64,000 nt of DNA from an uncultured Bacilli bacterium (GTDB taxonomy: Bacteria > Bacillota_I > Bacilli_A > RFN20 > CAG-826), in contig CALVYH010000002.1 in the NCBI GenBank assembly GCA_944372115.1, positions 34,898 through 98,897 of the forward strand, in the 5' to 3' direction. Each line of letters opens with the position of its first letter. Position 1 is the stretch's first letter. The translations under genes and the position numbers were made by a program. Positions 40,088 through 50,878 of the stretch are shown in pieces. The notes below the pieces were generated by a model, which was given only the letters and a program-made list of their open reading frames with translations, made no database searches and was not told where the DNA came from.

Positions 40088-41260
40088 ATGAATATTGCTT
40101 TATTTAGTGACACATTCTATCCAGAAGTTAATGGGGTTGCTACTTCAGTAAACTCTCTTTTTACTTTGCTTAATGAAAGAGGTCATAATTGTTATGTTAT
40201 TACAACAACTTCATCAAAATATGTAACTTATAAAGATAAAGTTATTGGAATTCCAGGAATTGAGCTTAAACAACTTTATGGTTATAGAGCTGCATTTGTT
40301 TTTAATAATGATGCCTTTAAACTTATAAAATCTTTAAATTTAGATGTTGTTCATGTAAATACCGAATTTGGGATTGGACAATTTGGTTTTATTGTTGCTA
40401 AAAAGTTAAATATTGCATCTGTTTATACATATCATACAATGTATGAAGATTATACTTATTATGCTACAAAAGGCTATTTTGATCGCTTTTCTAAATGGGC
40501 AATTAGAGAATTTGCTAGAGCATGTATGATTAGAGCAACAGAAATTATTTCTCCTTCAGCTAAAACCGAAGTTTATTTAAGAAGTATTGGATTAGAAAAA
40601 ATGATAAATATAGTTCCTACAGGTTTTGATTTTTCACGTTTTGAAGTCGATGATAAAGAAATGATTTCAAAATTGAAAAAAGAATATGGACTTGATAAAT
40701 ATGATAAAATTCTTCTTTGTTTAGGAAGAATTGCTAAAGAAAAAAGCTTTGATATTATTATCGAAGGTTATAAAGATTATTTAGATAAATATAAAGATAG
40801 TAAAATTAAAACTATTTTAATATTTGTTGGAGCAGGACCTGATGAAAATAATTTGATTAAATTAACTAAAGATTTAGGAATCGATAATAATGTTATGTTT
40901 TTAGGGAAAGTAAATTTAGAAAAAGTCCCGTATTATTATGCGATGAGTGATATCTTTTTAAATGCTTCAATTAGCGAAACTCAAGGCTTAACTTTTATGG
41001 AAGCTATGGCAGCCCATATCCCAATTTTATGTCGATACGATAATAATTTAGTAAATGTTATTAATAATAAAGTTACCGGTTTCTTTTTTGAAGATATGAT
41101 AGATTTTAAAGATAAATTAAATGAAGTTATTAATATGAAAAAAGAGGAAATAGATGAAATAGTTAAAAACGCTTATAATTCGATTTCTCAATTTTCAGAT
41201 AATACTTTTTATAACAATATAATGGAGGTATATAAACGTGCAATTAGAAAAAACTGGTAA
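40088..41260 (+). CDS. GT4-family glycosyltransferase, likely a diacylglycerol glycosyltransferase (glycolipid synthase)
   Basis: N-terminus MNIALFSDTFYPEVNGVATSV and GT-B fold motifs. Pairing with a YbhN-like protein is typical of Firmicutes glycolipid loci. Confidence 0.7.
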   Translation: MNIALFSDTFYPEVNGVATSVNSLFTLLNERGHNCYVITTTSSKYVTYKDKVIGIPGIELKQLYGYRAAFVFNNDAFKLIKSLNLDVVHVNTEFGIGQFGFIVAKKLNIASVYTYHTMYEDYTYYATKGYFDRFSKWAIREFARACMIRATEIISPSAKTEVYLRSIGLEKMINIVPTGFDFSRFEVDDKEMISKLKKEYGLDKYDKILLCLGRIAKEKSFDIIIEGYKDYLDKYKDSKIKTILIFVGAGPDENNLIKLTKDLGIDNNVMFLGKVNLEKVPYYYAMSDIFLNASISETQGLTFMEAMAAHIPILCRYDNNLVNVINNKVTGFFFEDMIDFKDKLNEVINMKKEEIDEIVKNAYNSISQFSDNTFYNNIMEVYKRAIRKNW

Positions 41261-42038
41261 TTATATTGAAATAGTAAAAATTAAAATTAAAGATGATAAA
41301 GTTTTAATTGATTATAAATTAGATGAAGAAAAAAAGGTTGAAAGAATAAAAATTTCTTATCAAACATATGAAGATCACTTTTTAAAAGAAGGGAAACTTT
41401 TAAAAAGTGAATTAGAAGAAGTTATTAAAGAAGATAAGAAAAACGAAATAAAAAAATATATATCTACTTTATTAATGAAAAAACCTTATTCTAAAAACGA
41501 CCTCCTTTTAAAGTGTTTAGATAAATATAAAAACGATAAAATTTTAGTATATCAAGTTATAAAAGAAGCTGAAAAAGCAAAAATTATCGATGATCGAGAA
41601 TACGTTTTAACTTATCTAGAATATTTTAATAATTCTTTATATGGTAAATACTATATAACTAACTATTTTAATGAGAAAGAAATAAGCAATGATATAGTTG
41701 ATGAGATAAAATTTGATGAAAATTATGAAAAAGAGAAAGCAAAAAGATATTTTGAATTGATAAAAAATAAGTATGTTTCATCAAATTTTGCTAAACAAAA
41801 AAGAAAAATAAGTGAAACAATGCTTAAAAGAGGTTTCGATATCGAAATAATTAATGATGTTTTAAAATCTTTAAATATTAATCACGAAGAAGAAAAAAGA
41901 AAATTAATGAAAGAATATTTAAAACTAAAAGAAAAAAATTTTAAAGAAGAAGATATTATTTCTACCCTAGTTAATAAAGGCTATGAATTAGATGAAGTTG
42001 AAAATTTAATAAGAAAAGATAATAAAAATGAAGAATAA
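41238..42038 (+). CDS. recX: RecX-family regulatory protein (putative)
   Basis: Three-repeat helical architecture with a C-terminal KRKISETMLKRGFDIEIINDVLKSL motif like RecX. Confidence 0.45.
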   Translation: MQLEKTGNYIEIVKIKIKDDKVLIDYKLDEEKKVERIKISYQTYEDHFLKEGKLLKSELEEVIKEDKKNEIKKYISTLLMKKPYSKNDLLLKCLDKYKNDKILVYQVIKEAEKAKIIDDREYVLTYLEYFNNSLYGKYYITNYFNEKEISNDIVDEIKFDENYEKEKAKRYFELIKNKYVSSNFAKQKRKISETMLKRGFDIEIINDVLKSLNINHEEEKRKLMKEYLKLKEKNFKEEDIISTLVNKGYELDEVENLIRKDNKNEE

Positions 42039-42092
42039 AATATAAGAATAAACTAAAATTAAGAGGAATTTTATTAAAAAAGAGAAAAGATT

Positions 42093-43034
42093 ATGATTAA
42101 AGATTTAATGGATGGGATGAACGCTTCAGGATTTTATATCATTAAAAATTCTTTAAAAGGCGTAACAACAAATGGTTTAACTTATTTAACGATAACTTTA
42201 CAAGACAAAACTGGAGTTATTGAGGCTAAAAAGTGGCAAGTAAATAATGAAGATTTACTAACCTTTAAAATTGGGAATGTCGTTTATATTGATGGAGAAG
42301 TGATCGATTATAAAGATAAATTACAAGTTAAGATTTTTGAAGGAAATATAGTTGATCCTAAAAATGCTGATATGGAATCTTTAATTCCTTCTTCCCCTTT
42401 TGAAAAAGAAGAGTTAGTTAAAAAATTAAAATCTTTTTTAACTTCCATAAATAATGAAAAACTAAAAAAGATTGTCTATGATATTTTTAGTGTTTATAAA
42501 GAAAAATTTATAAATTATCCAGCTGCGATGAGCAATCATCATGATTATTTAAATGGATTAATGGATCATACTGTTTCAATGTGTGAAATTGCTAAAATGA
42601 TTGCTTCACATTATTCTTCTTTAAATTATGATTTATTAATTAGTGGTTGTTTACTTCACGATATTGGTAAATGTGAAGAATTAAGCGGAGTTATTGGAAC
42701 AACCTATACTAAAGAAGGATCTTTATTAGGTCATTTAGTAATTGGAGCGATGATGGTTGATGAAAGTGCTACTCGTTTAAAAATAGAAGGAGAAGAAATT
42801 ACTTTACTTAAACATTTAATTCTTTCTCACCATGGAAAATTAGAATTTGGCTCGCCAGTTATGCCTTTAACTAGAGAAGCATTAGTATTATCTTTAATTG
42901 ATGAAATGGATGCAAAGATGAAAACTTTAGATAAAGCTTTTAAAGATATTGATGGAGGAGAATTTAGCGCCAAACTTTTTCCGCTTGATGGAAGGATGTT
43001 TTATAAACTTAAAAGTGAAAAAAATGAAAAATGA
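42093..43034 (+). CDS. yhaM: 3'-5' exoribonuclease YhaM (OB-fold plus HD domain)
   Basis: N-terminal OB-fold region, HD motif LLHDIGK, length 313 aa. Confidence 0.75.
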   Translation: MIKDLMDGMNASGFYIIKNSLKGVTTNGLTYLTITLQDKTGVIEAKKWQVNNEDLLTFKIGNVVYIDGEVIDYKDKLQVKIFEGNIVDPKNADMESLIPSSPFEKEELVKKLKSFLTSINNEKLKKIVYDIFSVYKEKFINYPAAMSNHHDYLNGLMDHTVSMCEIAKMIASHYSSLNYDLLISGCLLHDIGKCEELSGVIGTTYTKEGSLLGHLVIGAMMVDESATRLKIEGEEITLLKHLILSHHGKLEFGSPVMPLTREALVLSLIDEMDAKMKTLDKAFKDIDGGEFSAKLFPLDGRMFYKLKSEKNEK

Positions 43035-43101
43035 TAATCGTCTAATCGATTATCATTTTTCAATATATCTTCTTAATATATAAATTATAGATAATATTTT
43101 A

Positions 43102-43521
43102 TTATAATTTACCTTTAAATTTCTCAACAATACTAGGAAGATTAACATCTTTCATTGGTTTATTTTCAATTTTTAATCCATCACTAGCATCATATCTAGG
43201 AATTACATGGACATGGAAATGAGGAACAGCTTGTCCAGCAGCAGGATAACAATTACAAATAATATTTACTCCTTTTGCTCCTAAAATTTCCATATCGATT
43301 TGACCGATTCTTTGAGCGACATTCATTACTTGGTTCATGATATTTTTAGGTGTTGATAAAAAAGATTCAAAGTGTCTTTTAGGAACGACTAAAGCATGCC
43401 CATAAGTTAAAGGAGCATTATCTAAAAAAGCAACAACTTCATCATCTTCATATATTTTTGAAGAAGGTATAATTCCATCAACAATTTTACAAAATACACA
43501 ATTTGGATCAAATTCTTTCAT
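43102..43521 (-). CDS. HIT-family (histidine triad) nucleotide hydrolase
   Basis: HFHVHVIPR histidine triad motif. Confidence 0.85.
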   Translation of the reverse strand: MKEFDPNCVFCKIVDGIIPSSKIYEDDEVVAFLDNAPLTYGHALVVPKRHFESFLSTPKNIMNQVMNVAQRIGQIDMEILGAKGVNIICNCYPAAGQAVPHFHVHVIPRYDASDGLKIENKPMKDVNLPSIVEKFKGKL

Positions 43522-43597
43522 ATATTTATTTCCTTTCTTTATCTTTATTTTATTAAAGCAAAATTTATATAAATATTTTAATACTAAATTATATTTA

Positions 43598-43640
43598 TAT
43601 AAAAATAAAAATGCCTTTAATATAACTTAAAGGCATTTAA
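43598..43640 (-). terminator. rho-independent terminator for the minus-strand lipoprotein gene
   Basis: Stem AATGCCTTTA/TAAAGGCATT, preceded on the plus strand by an A-run (a T-run on the minus strand). Confidence 0.6.
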
Positions 43641-43648
43641 TAGATTAA

Positions 43649-45448
43649 TTAATCAAATAAATCAGGGAATTCACTTTCAAAATAATCTTTTACATCTTCA
43701 TCATAGTAATTAATGTTAGATTGTTCAAGATAATAAAGAAGTGCATTGTTAGTATAAGTTCCACCACTTGCAACAGTATAACCAATATCTCTAGCATAGC
43801 TTTCAACATTAGTTTTTTCTTCACTTGTAGAATCGCTATTTAAAGCGAGTGTATCTAACGAGACTTGATCAACGATTTCAACGATATAATAATCATCTTC
43901 GTTTTGCCATAAAATTGAGTCAACATCACTAGCGTATGTATTATTTTTTAAGAATACAGGGCCACCTTGAGTGAATTGTTTAACATAATATCCATCAACA
44001 ACATAAGATGTATCTGGATCAGTTGCTCTTTCAAATTCTGTAGCAAGACCATAAGAGAAGAGGTTAGTAATCATATTGCTTCCGCCAAGATCAAATGATG
44101 AAGATGTACCCCATTCATTTGTAACATAGGAAGAAGTTTCTAAATTTTCGATTTGAAGTGCTAAACCTTCTTCTGGAGTATATGGAATTCCATCGATAGA
44201 TGTAAATGAAGTATAAATTGTTGAATCATTAGTAGCTGGATTATTTGTTAATTCGCTATAGTTTTTAATAATATCACCATAAAGTGAGCCATTAAAATAT
44301 GGATAATCTTCGCCAGTTTTTCCATCAATATAAGAATTAAATCCGGAATTGATTTTTGTTGATTCTTCTCCATAAACGCTTGTTGCTAAAGTTTTAGCAG
44401 CTTCATTTTCACTTAATGATAATTTTTCGTGATTACCTTCCCAAGCATCAATAAGTGTTGAGAAATCAACATTTCTTTCGGTTTCATTTCTTAAGATTGT
44501 ATTGATATAACTTCTCATTAATGGTTGAGCCATTTTCGAAGAAGTATCGCTAATTTTAATGAAATTAACTTTTCTAGCTTGAGTTCTTCCAATTGATTGA
44601 TATTGTTTTTCAAAAATATAAGATTCTGTTAATAAATTTGAAAGGATATCAGGAATCATTGAAAGATTAATATAATCTACATAATGATATAAATGTAATA
44701 ATTGAGTATCTCCTTCAATAACCATTTTATAGTTATCTTCTGGATTATATTCACGTGTTACAAGTTTACCAGTTGTAAATCCTGCATCAACAAATTGTTT
44801 GTTTTCAGGTGCGTTTTCTGGATCTTTATATGTTGGTTCAGTATATAAAAGTTCTGGATCAACGCTTTTTCCGCTATTATCATAAACTGTGTAAAGTTTT
44901 TCATAGATTGATTTAGCGTATAATGATTCATAGAAACGATTATTGTTCATATAAGTAACAACAACAGCTTCATCATATAAAGTGGTAACAATTTCTTTTT
45001 GGACAAGGTCAATATAAGCTTCAATTCTAGCTTTATATTCACTAACATTTGAAGAAGATGGTTCTTCTTCAAATTCAACTGAAGTAGATGTTGAAACCCA
45101 GTTCCAATAGAATTTATGTTCTTTAACAAAGTTCATAACCGAAGTATCATCACCTAAATTTAATCCTTCAATATAAACTAAGCCATTATTATCAACTTTA
45201 TAATCTCCAATATAAGCTTTAGCGATAGCTTCAGTTAACATCTCTTTAACGCTTGTTTTATAGCTATCACCATTTTTAATGGAGTTAAAAATTTGATTAA
45301 TTTCGTTATTTTCAACGTTTACTGCATTTCCAGCTTGATCAACAACGATTGGATCTTCTGGATTTTTTAAATTAGCACTAACTTTTGAACAACCAGTAAC
45401 TAATAAAGCTGCAGATAAAAGTAATAATGTAGTCTTTGCTTTTTTCAT
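43649..45448 (-). CDS. large acidic lipoprotein with a SurA/PrsA-like N-terminal chaperone domain
   Basis: Signal peptide with lipobox LVTGC. D/E/Y/N-rich. N-terminal segment SVKEMLTEAIAKAYIGDY like the neighbouring lipoprotein. Confidence 0.5.
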   Translation of the reverse strand: MKKAKTTLLLLSAALLVTGCSKVSANLKNPEDPIVVDQAGNAVNVENNEINQIFNSIKNGDSYKTSVKEMLTEAIAKAYIGDYKVDNNGLVYIEGLNLGDDTSVMNFVKEHKFYWNWVSTSTSVEFEEEPSSSNVSEYKARIEAYIDLVQKEIVTTLYDEAVVVTYMNNNRFYESLYAKSIYEKLYTVYDNSGKSVDPELLYTEPTYKDPENAPENKQFVDAGFTTGKLVTREYNPEDNYKMVIEGDTQLLHLYHYVDYINLSMIPDILSNLLTESYIFEKQYQSIGRTQARKVNFIKISDTSSKMAQPLMRSYINTILRNETERNVDFSTLIDAWEGNHEKLSLSENEAAKTLATSVYGEESTKINSGFNSYIDGKTGEDYPYFNGSLYGDIIKNYSELTNNPATNDSTIYTSFTSIDGIPYTPEEGLALQIENLETSSYVTNEWGTSSSFDLGGSNMITNLFSYGLATEFERATDPDTSYVVDGYYVKQFTQGGPVFLKNNTYASDVDSILWQNEDDYYIVEIVDQVSLDTLALNSDSTSEEKTNVESYARDIGYTVASGGTYTNNALLYYLEQSNINYYDEDVKDYFESEFPDLFD

Positions 45449-45463
45449 AAAACTTTATTCCTC

Positions 45464-47437
45464 CTAGTTGCTTCCTTCACTACCGCTTCCTGGATTTGTA
45501 TTTAAAGAAGTTGAGTAGTAGCAGAGTTTTCCTTCACCATAATAATCCATATCACCGAAGTGAATAGCACATGTTTCAGGAATTAATCCGATTTGTCTAT
45601 TTCTTTCTTGATCCATTAATGTAGTGCTATATGAATTCCAAGAATCAATTAAATTTTGATCGCTTGTTTGTTGGACACTTAACATTTTTTGTGTAATGTA
45701 TTGGTCAACTTTTGCTTGAATTGCATCATCTTTAGCTTTGAAATTACCTTCAGTAACCCATTCGAATAATTGATATTCTTTTTGAGTTCCGGTATATGTT
45801 TCATATTTTTCACCAATACCAGTAACTCCGCTATCTGAATTACCATAGATTCTTTCGTTATATCCTTCAACAGTTGTTTGAATAGAATTTACATATGTTG
45901 GTAATGGTTTTCCATTTTCATCTGTAGGGAATAAGTCGTTATAGTAATAATTACCATTAGCATCTTGACCATTTTGTTCAAGAGGATTAACTGGAGCATA
46001 ATATTCATTTAATTTAACTTCAGCAGTTGCTTGATTTTCTAATGGTGATTTTTCAATGACTACAAAGTGAATGCCTGCGTTTCCTGTTTCACTTCTTGAA
46101 ACAACGATTGGGTTTCCTTTTTCATCACATAAAACGGGATAATCTAAACCATTAATTTTTTGGAAGTGAGCAGCTTCGCTTGTTCCTTCTTCAAAGTATA
46201 AATCACTGCCAATAGCATAATCGCCATTTTCGTCTAAGTCTGATTTGACCATTACACCAGTATCTGTTAATGCGTATTCATGAGTTGGATCGCTTGAATC
46301 AACTTTTTGGTTAACGATAAAGCAGATGTTGTGTGAATTGAAATATTTATTGAAAATAATATTTCTTGGATAGTAAGAAGCTTTACCTTCGTTGACAGTT
46401 AATTCTTGACCAGTAACTGGGTCTTTATATGAATCTACATCTTTATATTCGTTGAGTTTAACAACAGCTTCATAAGGAATATATGTTGGACCGACAGTTT
46501 TTAATTCTTCTTCAACATCACTTGGCATTAAGAATTTTTCTGTTAATGAATCAAAGTCAGTATTTCCTTCTCTTATATCTTCATTATATAAAGCATCAAA
46601 TGTATATAAACCAAGTTTGAATTCGTTAATAAATGAAGTATCTAAGTCCATCAAGTGTTCACCATAGTTAGTAGCTGAAGAACTATCATCAGTTAATCTT
46701 TTTGCAATGTCAGCATAAGTATTTGTTGAAGTATCTGATTTAACTAATGCTTCAAAAAGATTGTAAAGTTGTTCAGCATCATCACTTGAAATTTCTCCAG
46801 TTGAGTAATTGGCTGCATCAGCATCAACTTGGATAAGAATATCTCTGACATGATATGGTAATTTAGTTTTAATATAACCATTTTCGCCATAAACCATGTT
46901 AAATTCATTAATTTCGTCTTGGTCAGCTGTATCTTCGTCTGGATTCCATTGGTTAAAAGTATCGTAGAATTCATCGCTGACAATATCTTTCATCGCGGTG
47001 ACTTCACATTGTAAATAATATTGGTGTTCTCTTTCACTTTCACTCATATCACCAACTATATTTAAAGTATCGGTTAAATAGTCTTCCCAAGAAGTTCCGG
47101 CAGTATCTGCAGCGTCTTTAGCTTCATCAACAGCACGATTAGCGTCAGCTTGAGCATCACTTAATCTATCTTGGAATCTACCATTTGTGAATACTTCTCT
47201 AAGGGCAACCTCATAAATAGCATTGTAATAAGCTTCAGCAGCAGAAGAACCATTGTTTGTTAAATAACGATTTAAAATATCTTGAGCTGTGATTTCTTCT
47301 GTAACGGAATTACCGCTTGCAGTTTCATAGGTAAAGTCGATGACGAAATCTTCTTTTGCGGAGATTCCACATCCACTTAATGCTATTGTGGAAAAGGCTG
47401 ATAAGGCTAAAATCATTGATTTAGTACTTTTTTTCAT
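45464..47437 (-). CDS. PrsA/SurA-like foldase lipoprotein with a parvulin (PpiC)-like domain
   Basis: Lipobox LSGC. Parvulin-like block HVRDILIQVD...YADIAKRLTDDSSSATNYGEHLMDLDTSFINEFKLGLYTF. Confidence 0.5.
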   Translation of the reverse strand: MKKSTKSMILALSAFSTIALSGCGISAKEDFVIDFTYETASGNSVTEEITAQDILNRYLTNNGSSAAEAYYNAIYEVALREVFTNGRFQDRLSDAQADANRAVDEAKDAADTAGTSWEDYLTDTLNIVGDMSESEREHQYYLQCEVTAMKDIVSDEFYDTFNQWNPDEDTADQDEINEFNMVYGENGYIKTKLPYHVRDILIQVDADAANYSTGEISSDDAEQLYNLFEALVKSDTSTNTYADIAKRLTDDSSSATNYGEHLMDLDTSFINEFKLGLYTFDALYNEDIREGNTDFDSLTEKFLMPSDVEEELKTVGPTYIPYEAVVKLNEYKDVDSYKDPVTGQELTVNEGKASYYPRNIIFNKYFNSHNICFIVNQKVDSSDPTHEYALTDTGVMVKSDLDENGDYAIGSDLYFEEGTSEAAHFQKINGLDYPVLCDEKGNPIVVSRSETGNAGIHFVVIEKSPLENQATAEVKLNEYYAPVNPLEQNGQDANGNYYYNDLFPTDENGKPLPTYVNSIQTTVEGYNERIYGNSDSGVTGIGEKYETYTGTQKEYQLFEWVTEGNFKAKDDAIQAKVDQYITQKMLSVQQTSDQNLIDSWNSYSTTLMDQERNRQIGLIPETCAIHFGDMDYYGEGKLCYYSTSLNTNPGSGSEGSN

Positions 47438-47604
47438 ATCTTTTTCCTTCCATAAATAAAATGGCTATCGTTTAAATAGCCCTATAATTTTATACTATAA
47501 GTATAAAAGTTTCAACAAAAGAAAATTTCACATTTGAGATAATATAATTTGAGGGTTTTATACAATTGTTATAAAATATTTACGCAAAAAATAGGGTATT
47601 AAAA

Positions 47605-48438
47605 ATGAAAAGTTTAAAAATTGAAAATTTACATGTTGAAGTTGAAGGAAAAGAAATACTCAAAGGTGTTAATCTAGAGATAAATGAAGGAGAAATATTA
47701 GCTCTTTTAGGACCTAATGGTCATGGAAAATCTACATTGCTTGCCGCTATCATGGGGAATCCTCGTTATAAAGTAACTAAAGGTTCCGTTATCTTTGATG
47801 GTAAAGATGTTTTATCAATGAGCGTTGATGAAAGAAGCAAAGCGGGTTTATTTTTAGCTTTCCAAAATCCAAGTGAAATTCCTGGCGTTGTTTCTGCAGA
47901 TTTCTTTAAAGGTGCGATGAATGCACATAGAGATAGTAAAATTAAATTATTCGAATTTTATCGTTCTTTAGAAGAAGCTTGTAAAGAAGTAAACTTACCA
48001 TTTGATATGGTCAATAGAAATTTAAACGATGGATTTAGCGGTGGAGAAAAAAAGAGAAATGAAATTCTTCAAATGATTTTATTAAATCCAAATATTGCGA
48101 TGCTTGATGAAATCGATTCAGGACTCGATGTTGATGCTGTTAACACAGTTTCTCAATGTATTGTAAAACAAAATAGGGAAAAAAATACCGGCTTCCTTGT
48201 TATTTCGCATTATGCAAGATTGTTTGATTTAATTCACCCATCTAAAGCTGCAATTATGGTTAATGGAAAAATTGTAACAGTTGGAGATTCTTCTCTTATC
48301 ACACGTATCGATAAAGAAGGATATGAATGGATTGAAAAAGAATTTAATGTCTCAATTAAAAAAGAAGAAGATCAACCAATGAATAAAGTTTCAATTGGTG
48401 TTTGCGCAACGAAAGAAGTATTAAAAAATGGCAAATAG
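47605..48438 (+). CDS. sufC: Fe-S cluster assembly ATPase SufC
   Basis: Walker A GPNGHGKST, signature FSGGEKKR. First gene of sufCDSUB. Confidence 0.9.
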   Translation: MKSLKIENLHVEVEGKEILKGVNLEINEGEILALLGPNGHGKSTLLAAIMGNPRYKVTKGSVIFDGKDVLSMSVDERSKAGLFLAFQNPSEIPGVVSADFFKGAMNAHRDSKIKLFEFYRSLEEACKEVNLPFDMVNRNLNDGFSGGEKKRNEILQMILLNPNIAMLDEIDSGLDVDAVNTVSQCIVKQNREKNTGFLVISHYARLFDLIHPSKAAIMVNGKIVTVGDSSLITRIDKEGYEWIEKEFNVSIKKEEDQPMNKVSIGVCATKEVLKNGK

Positions 48439-49210
48439 TATTACAAGTTATTTTTATGAAGGTGAAATGAAAAACTCAGTTTCTTTAAAAAATGAAGATG
48501 CTGTTTCTTTTTTAGTACACGATGACAGTAATATTATTTTAGATATTGATTCATTTGACAAAAATAATAAAGTTTCTGTTGTTGTTGGAAATAATTCTAT
48601 TGTAAAAATTAGACTTTTAATTTTAGAGAGTTTAGATTCTTTTGAAATAAATGCAAATGTTCCACGTGGAAGCAGTTTTGAATTTATAATTGCTGATTTT
48701 TCAAATGAAATTGGTTTATTTAAATCTTTAATAAATTTAGAAGGAGAAAACAGTGAATCCTCTATACATTTAGCTACGCTTTCAAATAAAAACAATAAGA
48801 AAAAATTTAATTTATCTTTTAACCATAAGGTAGGAAAAACTAAATCATTAATTGATTGTCACGGTGTAAGTAAAGACTCATCTTTAATTAAAATAGATGG
48901 AATTTCTCATATTTATGAAAACGCTAATAAAGCGGATGCAAATCAAAAAGTTAGAGTTATTCTTTTTGATAAAGAAAGTGAAGCAATCGCCAATCCAATA
49001 TTAAAAATTGATTGCAATGATATTAAAGCTCAACACGCTTGTGCAATTGGTTCTTTAAGAGAAGAACATTTATATTATTTACTTTCAAGAGGAATTGAAA
49101 TTAATGAAGCAAGAAGTTTAATAACATTAGGTTATCTTTTACCGATTGCTAAATATTTCGATGACAAAGAAAGTGAAAAGATAAAAGAAATTATTGGAGG
49201 TGTTTTTTAA
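48428..49210 (+). CDS. sufD: Fe-S cluster assembly protein SufD (short form)
   Basis: C-terminal beta-helix motifs KIDCNDIKAQHACAIGSLREEHLYYLLSRGI. Confidence 0.8.
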   Translation: MANSITSYFYEGEMKNSVSLKNEDAVSFLVHDDSNIILDIDSFDKNNKVSVVVGNNSIVKIRLLILESLDSFEINANVPRGSSFEFIIADFSNEIGLFKSLINLEGENSESSIHLATLSNKNNKKKFNLSFNHKVGKTKSLIDCHGVSKDSSLIKIDGISHIYENANKADANQKVRVILFDKESEAIANPILKIDCNDIKAQHACAIGSLREEHLYYLLSRGIEINEARSLITLGYLLPIAKYFDDKESEKIKEIIGGVF

Positions 49211-49212
49211 AT

Positions 49213-50442
49213 ATGTTAGATGTTAAAAATATAAAAAAAGATTTTCCAATTTTTAAAAATCATGAAAACGATAAAAAACCTTTAATTTATCTTGATAATG
49301 CCGCAACAACTTTTAAACCAAAATCTGTTATTGATGCAACTTCAAGATATTATTTAGAAGATGGAGCTAACGCTCATAGGGGAGATTATGATTTAGCTTA
49401 TCATGTTGATAAAGAGGTTGAAAAATGTAGAGCTCATCTTGCTTCTTTTTTAAATTGTTTTAGTAGAGAAATAGTTTTTACAAGCGGAACTTCAATGTCA
49501 ATGAATTTAGTTGCATATGGTTATGGAATTAAATTTTTAAAAGAAGGAGATGAAATTTTACTTACTGAAGCAGAACATGCTTCTAATGTTTTACCTTGGT
49601 TTAAGGTTAGTGAAACTACAAAAGCAAAAATTAACTATATTCCATTAGATGAAGAAGGAAGATGCACTCCTGAAGCATTAAGAAAAGTTATCACTAAAAA
49701 TACAAAAGTTGTTTCAATTGCTCAAGTTACAAACGTTTTAGGGTTTAAAATAGATATAAAAGAAATGGCTAAAATTGCCCATGAATATGGAGCAATTTTA
49801 GTTTGCGATGCCGCTCAAAGTGCACCACATATGAAAATTGATGTAAAAGATTTAGATTGTGATTTTTTATGTTTAAGTGCTCATAAGATGCTAGGACCTA
49901 CAGGTATTGGGGCATTATATGGTAAATTTGATTTACTTAAAAAAATGGATCCATTTATGATGGGCGGAGGAGATAATGCTCGTTTTGATATGTGTGGAAA
50001 CGTTGCTTATTTAGAACCACCTGCCAAATTTGAAGCTGGAACAATGAATATTGCAGCAATTTATGGTTTTGATGAAGCACTTACTTATTTAGAAAATATT
50101 GGTCTAGAAAATATTGAAAATCATGAAAAAGAATTAAGAAATTATGCAATTAATAAATTAAAAGAGTTAGATAATGTTATTATTTATAATGAAAAAGCTG
50201 ATGCTGGAATAATAACTTTAAATGTAAAAGGTGTTTTTCCTCAAGACGAGGCTAGTTATTTAAATAGTAAAGGAATTTGCGTAAGAAGTGGTGAACATTG
50301 TGCTAAACTTCTTAAAGATAGATTAAAAACTGTCGGTACTATTCGTGTTTCTTTATATTTATATAATGATAAGAGCGATGTTGACGCTTTATATGAAGCT
50401 TTAAAAAATGGAGGTAATTTTTTAGATGCTTTCTTTAACTAA
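49213..50442 (+). CDS. sufS: cysteine desulfurase SufS
   Basis: PLP lysine motif SAHKMLGPTGIG. Class V aminotransferase fold. Confidence 0.9.
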   Translation: MLDVKNIKKDFPIFKNHENDKKPLIYLDNAATTFKPKSVIDATSRYYLEDGANAHRGDYDLAYHVDKEVEKCRAHLASFLNCFSREIVFTSGTSMSMNLVAYGYGIKFLKEGDEILLTEAEHASNVLPWFKVSETTKAKINYIPLDEEGRCTPEALRKVITKNTKVVSIAQVTNVLGFKIDIKEMAKIAHEYGAILVCDAAQSAPHMKIDVKDLDCDFLCLSAHKMLGPTGIGALYGKFDLLKKMDPFMMGGGDNARFDMCGNVAYLEPPAKFEAGTMNIAAIYGFDEALTYLENIGLENIENHEKELRNYAINKLKELDNVIIYNEKADAGIITLNVKGVFPQDEASYLNSKGICVRSGEHCAKLLKDRLKTVGTIRVSLYLYNDKSDVDALYEALKNGGNFLDAFFN

Positions 50443-50878
50443 TGAAATGAAAAGAGAAATTATTATGGAGCATTATAATTCTCCAAATAATAAGGTCGAA
50501 GATATTACAAAAATATCTAATTTTGAAAATTTTAGAAAAATAAGAATGGATAGCGATTCATGTATTGATGATATTACTATTTATTTAGATATTGAAAATG
50601 ATGTTATTAAAAACGCATATTTTAGTGGTGTAGCTTGTGCAATTTCTACTGCTTCAACTGATATTTTATGTGATATGGTTAAAAATAAAAGTGAAAAAGA
50701 CGCCCTTTATATCATTTCACAATATGAAAATATGCTTTATGAAAAAGAATATGATAGTGAAGTTTTAGAAGAACTCAATGCTTTTAGCGAAACTCATAAA
50801 CAAGCTGCAAGAATTAAATGCGCTACATTAGGGGCATTTGGAATTAGTAAAATTTTAAATGGAGAAAATGATGAGTAA
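50426..50878 (+). CDS. sufU: Fe-S cluster scaffold / sulfur acceptor SufU
   Basis: NifU-like N-terminus HYNSPNNK and conserved Cys residues. Confidence 0.8.
   Translation: MLSLTNEMKREIIMEHYNSPNNKVEDITKISNFENFRKIRMDSDSCIDDITIYLDIENDVIKNAYFSGVACAISTASTDILCDMVKNKSEKDALYIISQYENMLYEKEYDSEVLEELNAFSETHKQAARIKCATLGAFGISKILNGENDE

Noticed and set aside
48658-48673. parS-like palindrome TGTTCCACGTGGAAGC inside sufD
   Set aside because: Only about 12 of 16 positions match the TGTTNCACGTGAAACA consensus. It lies in coding sequence, where NANVPRGSS codons explain it. Probably chance.
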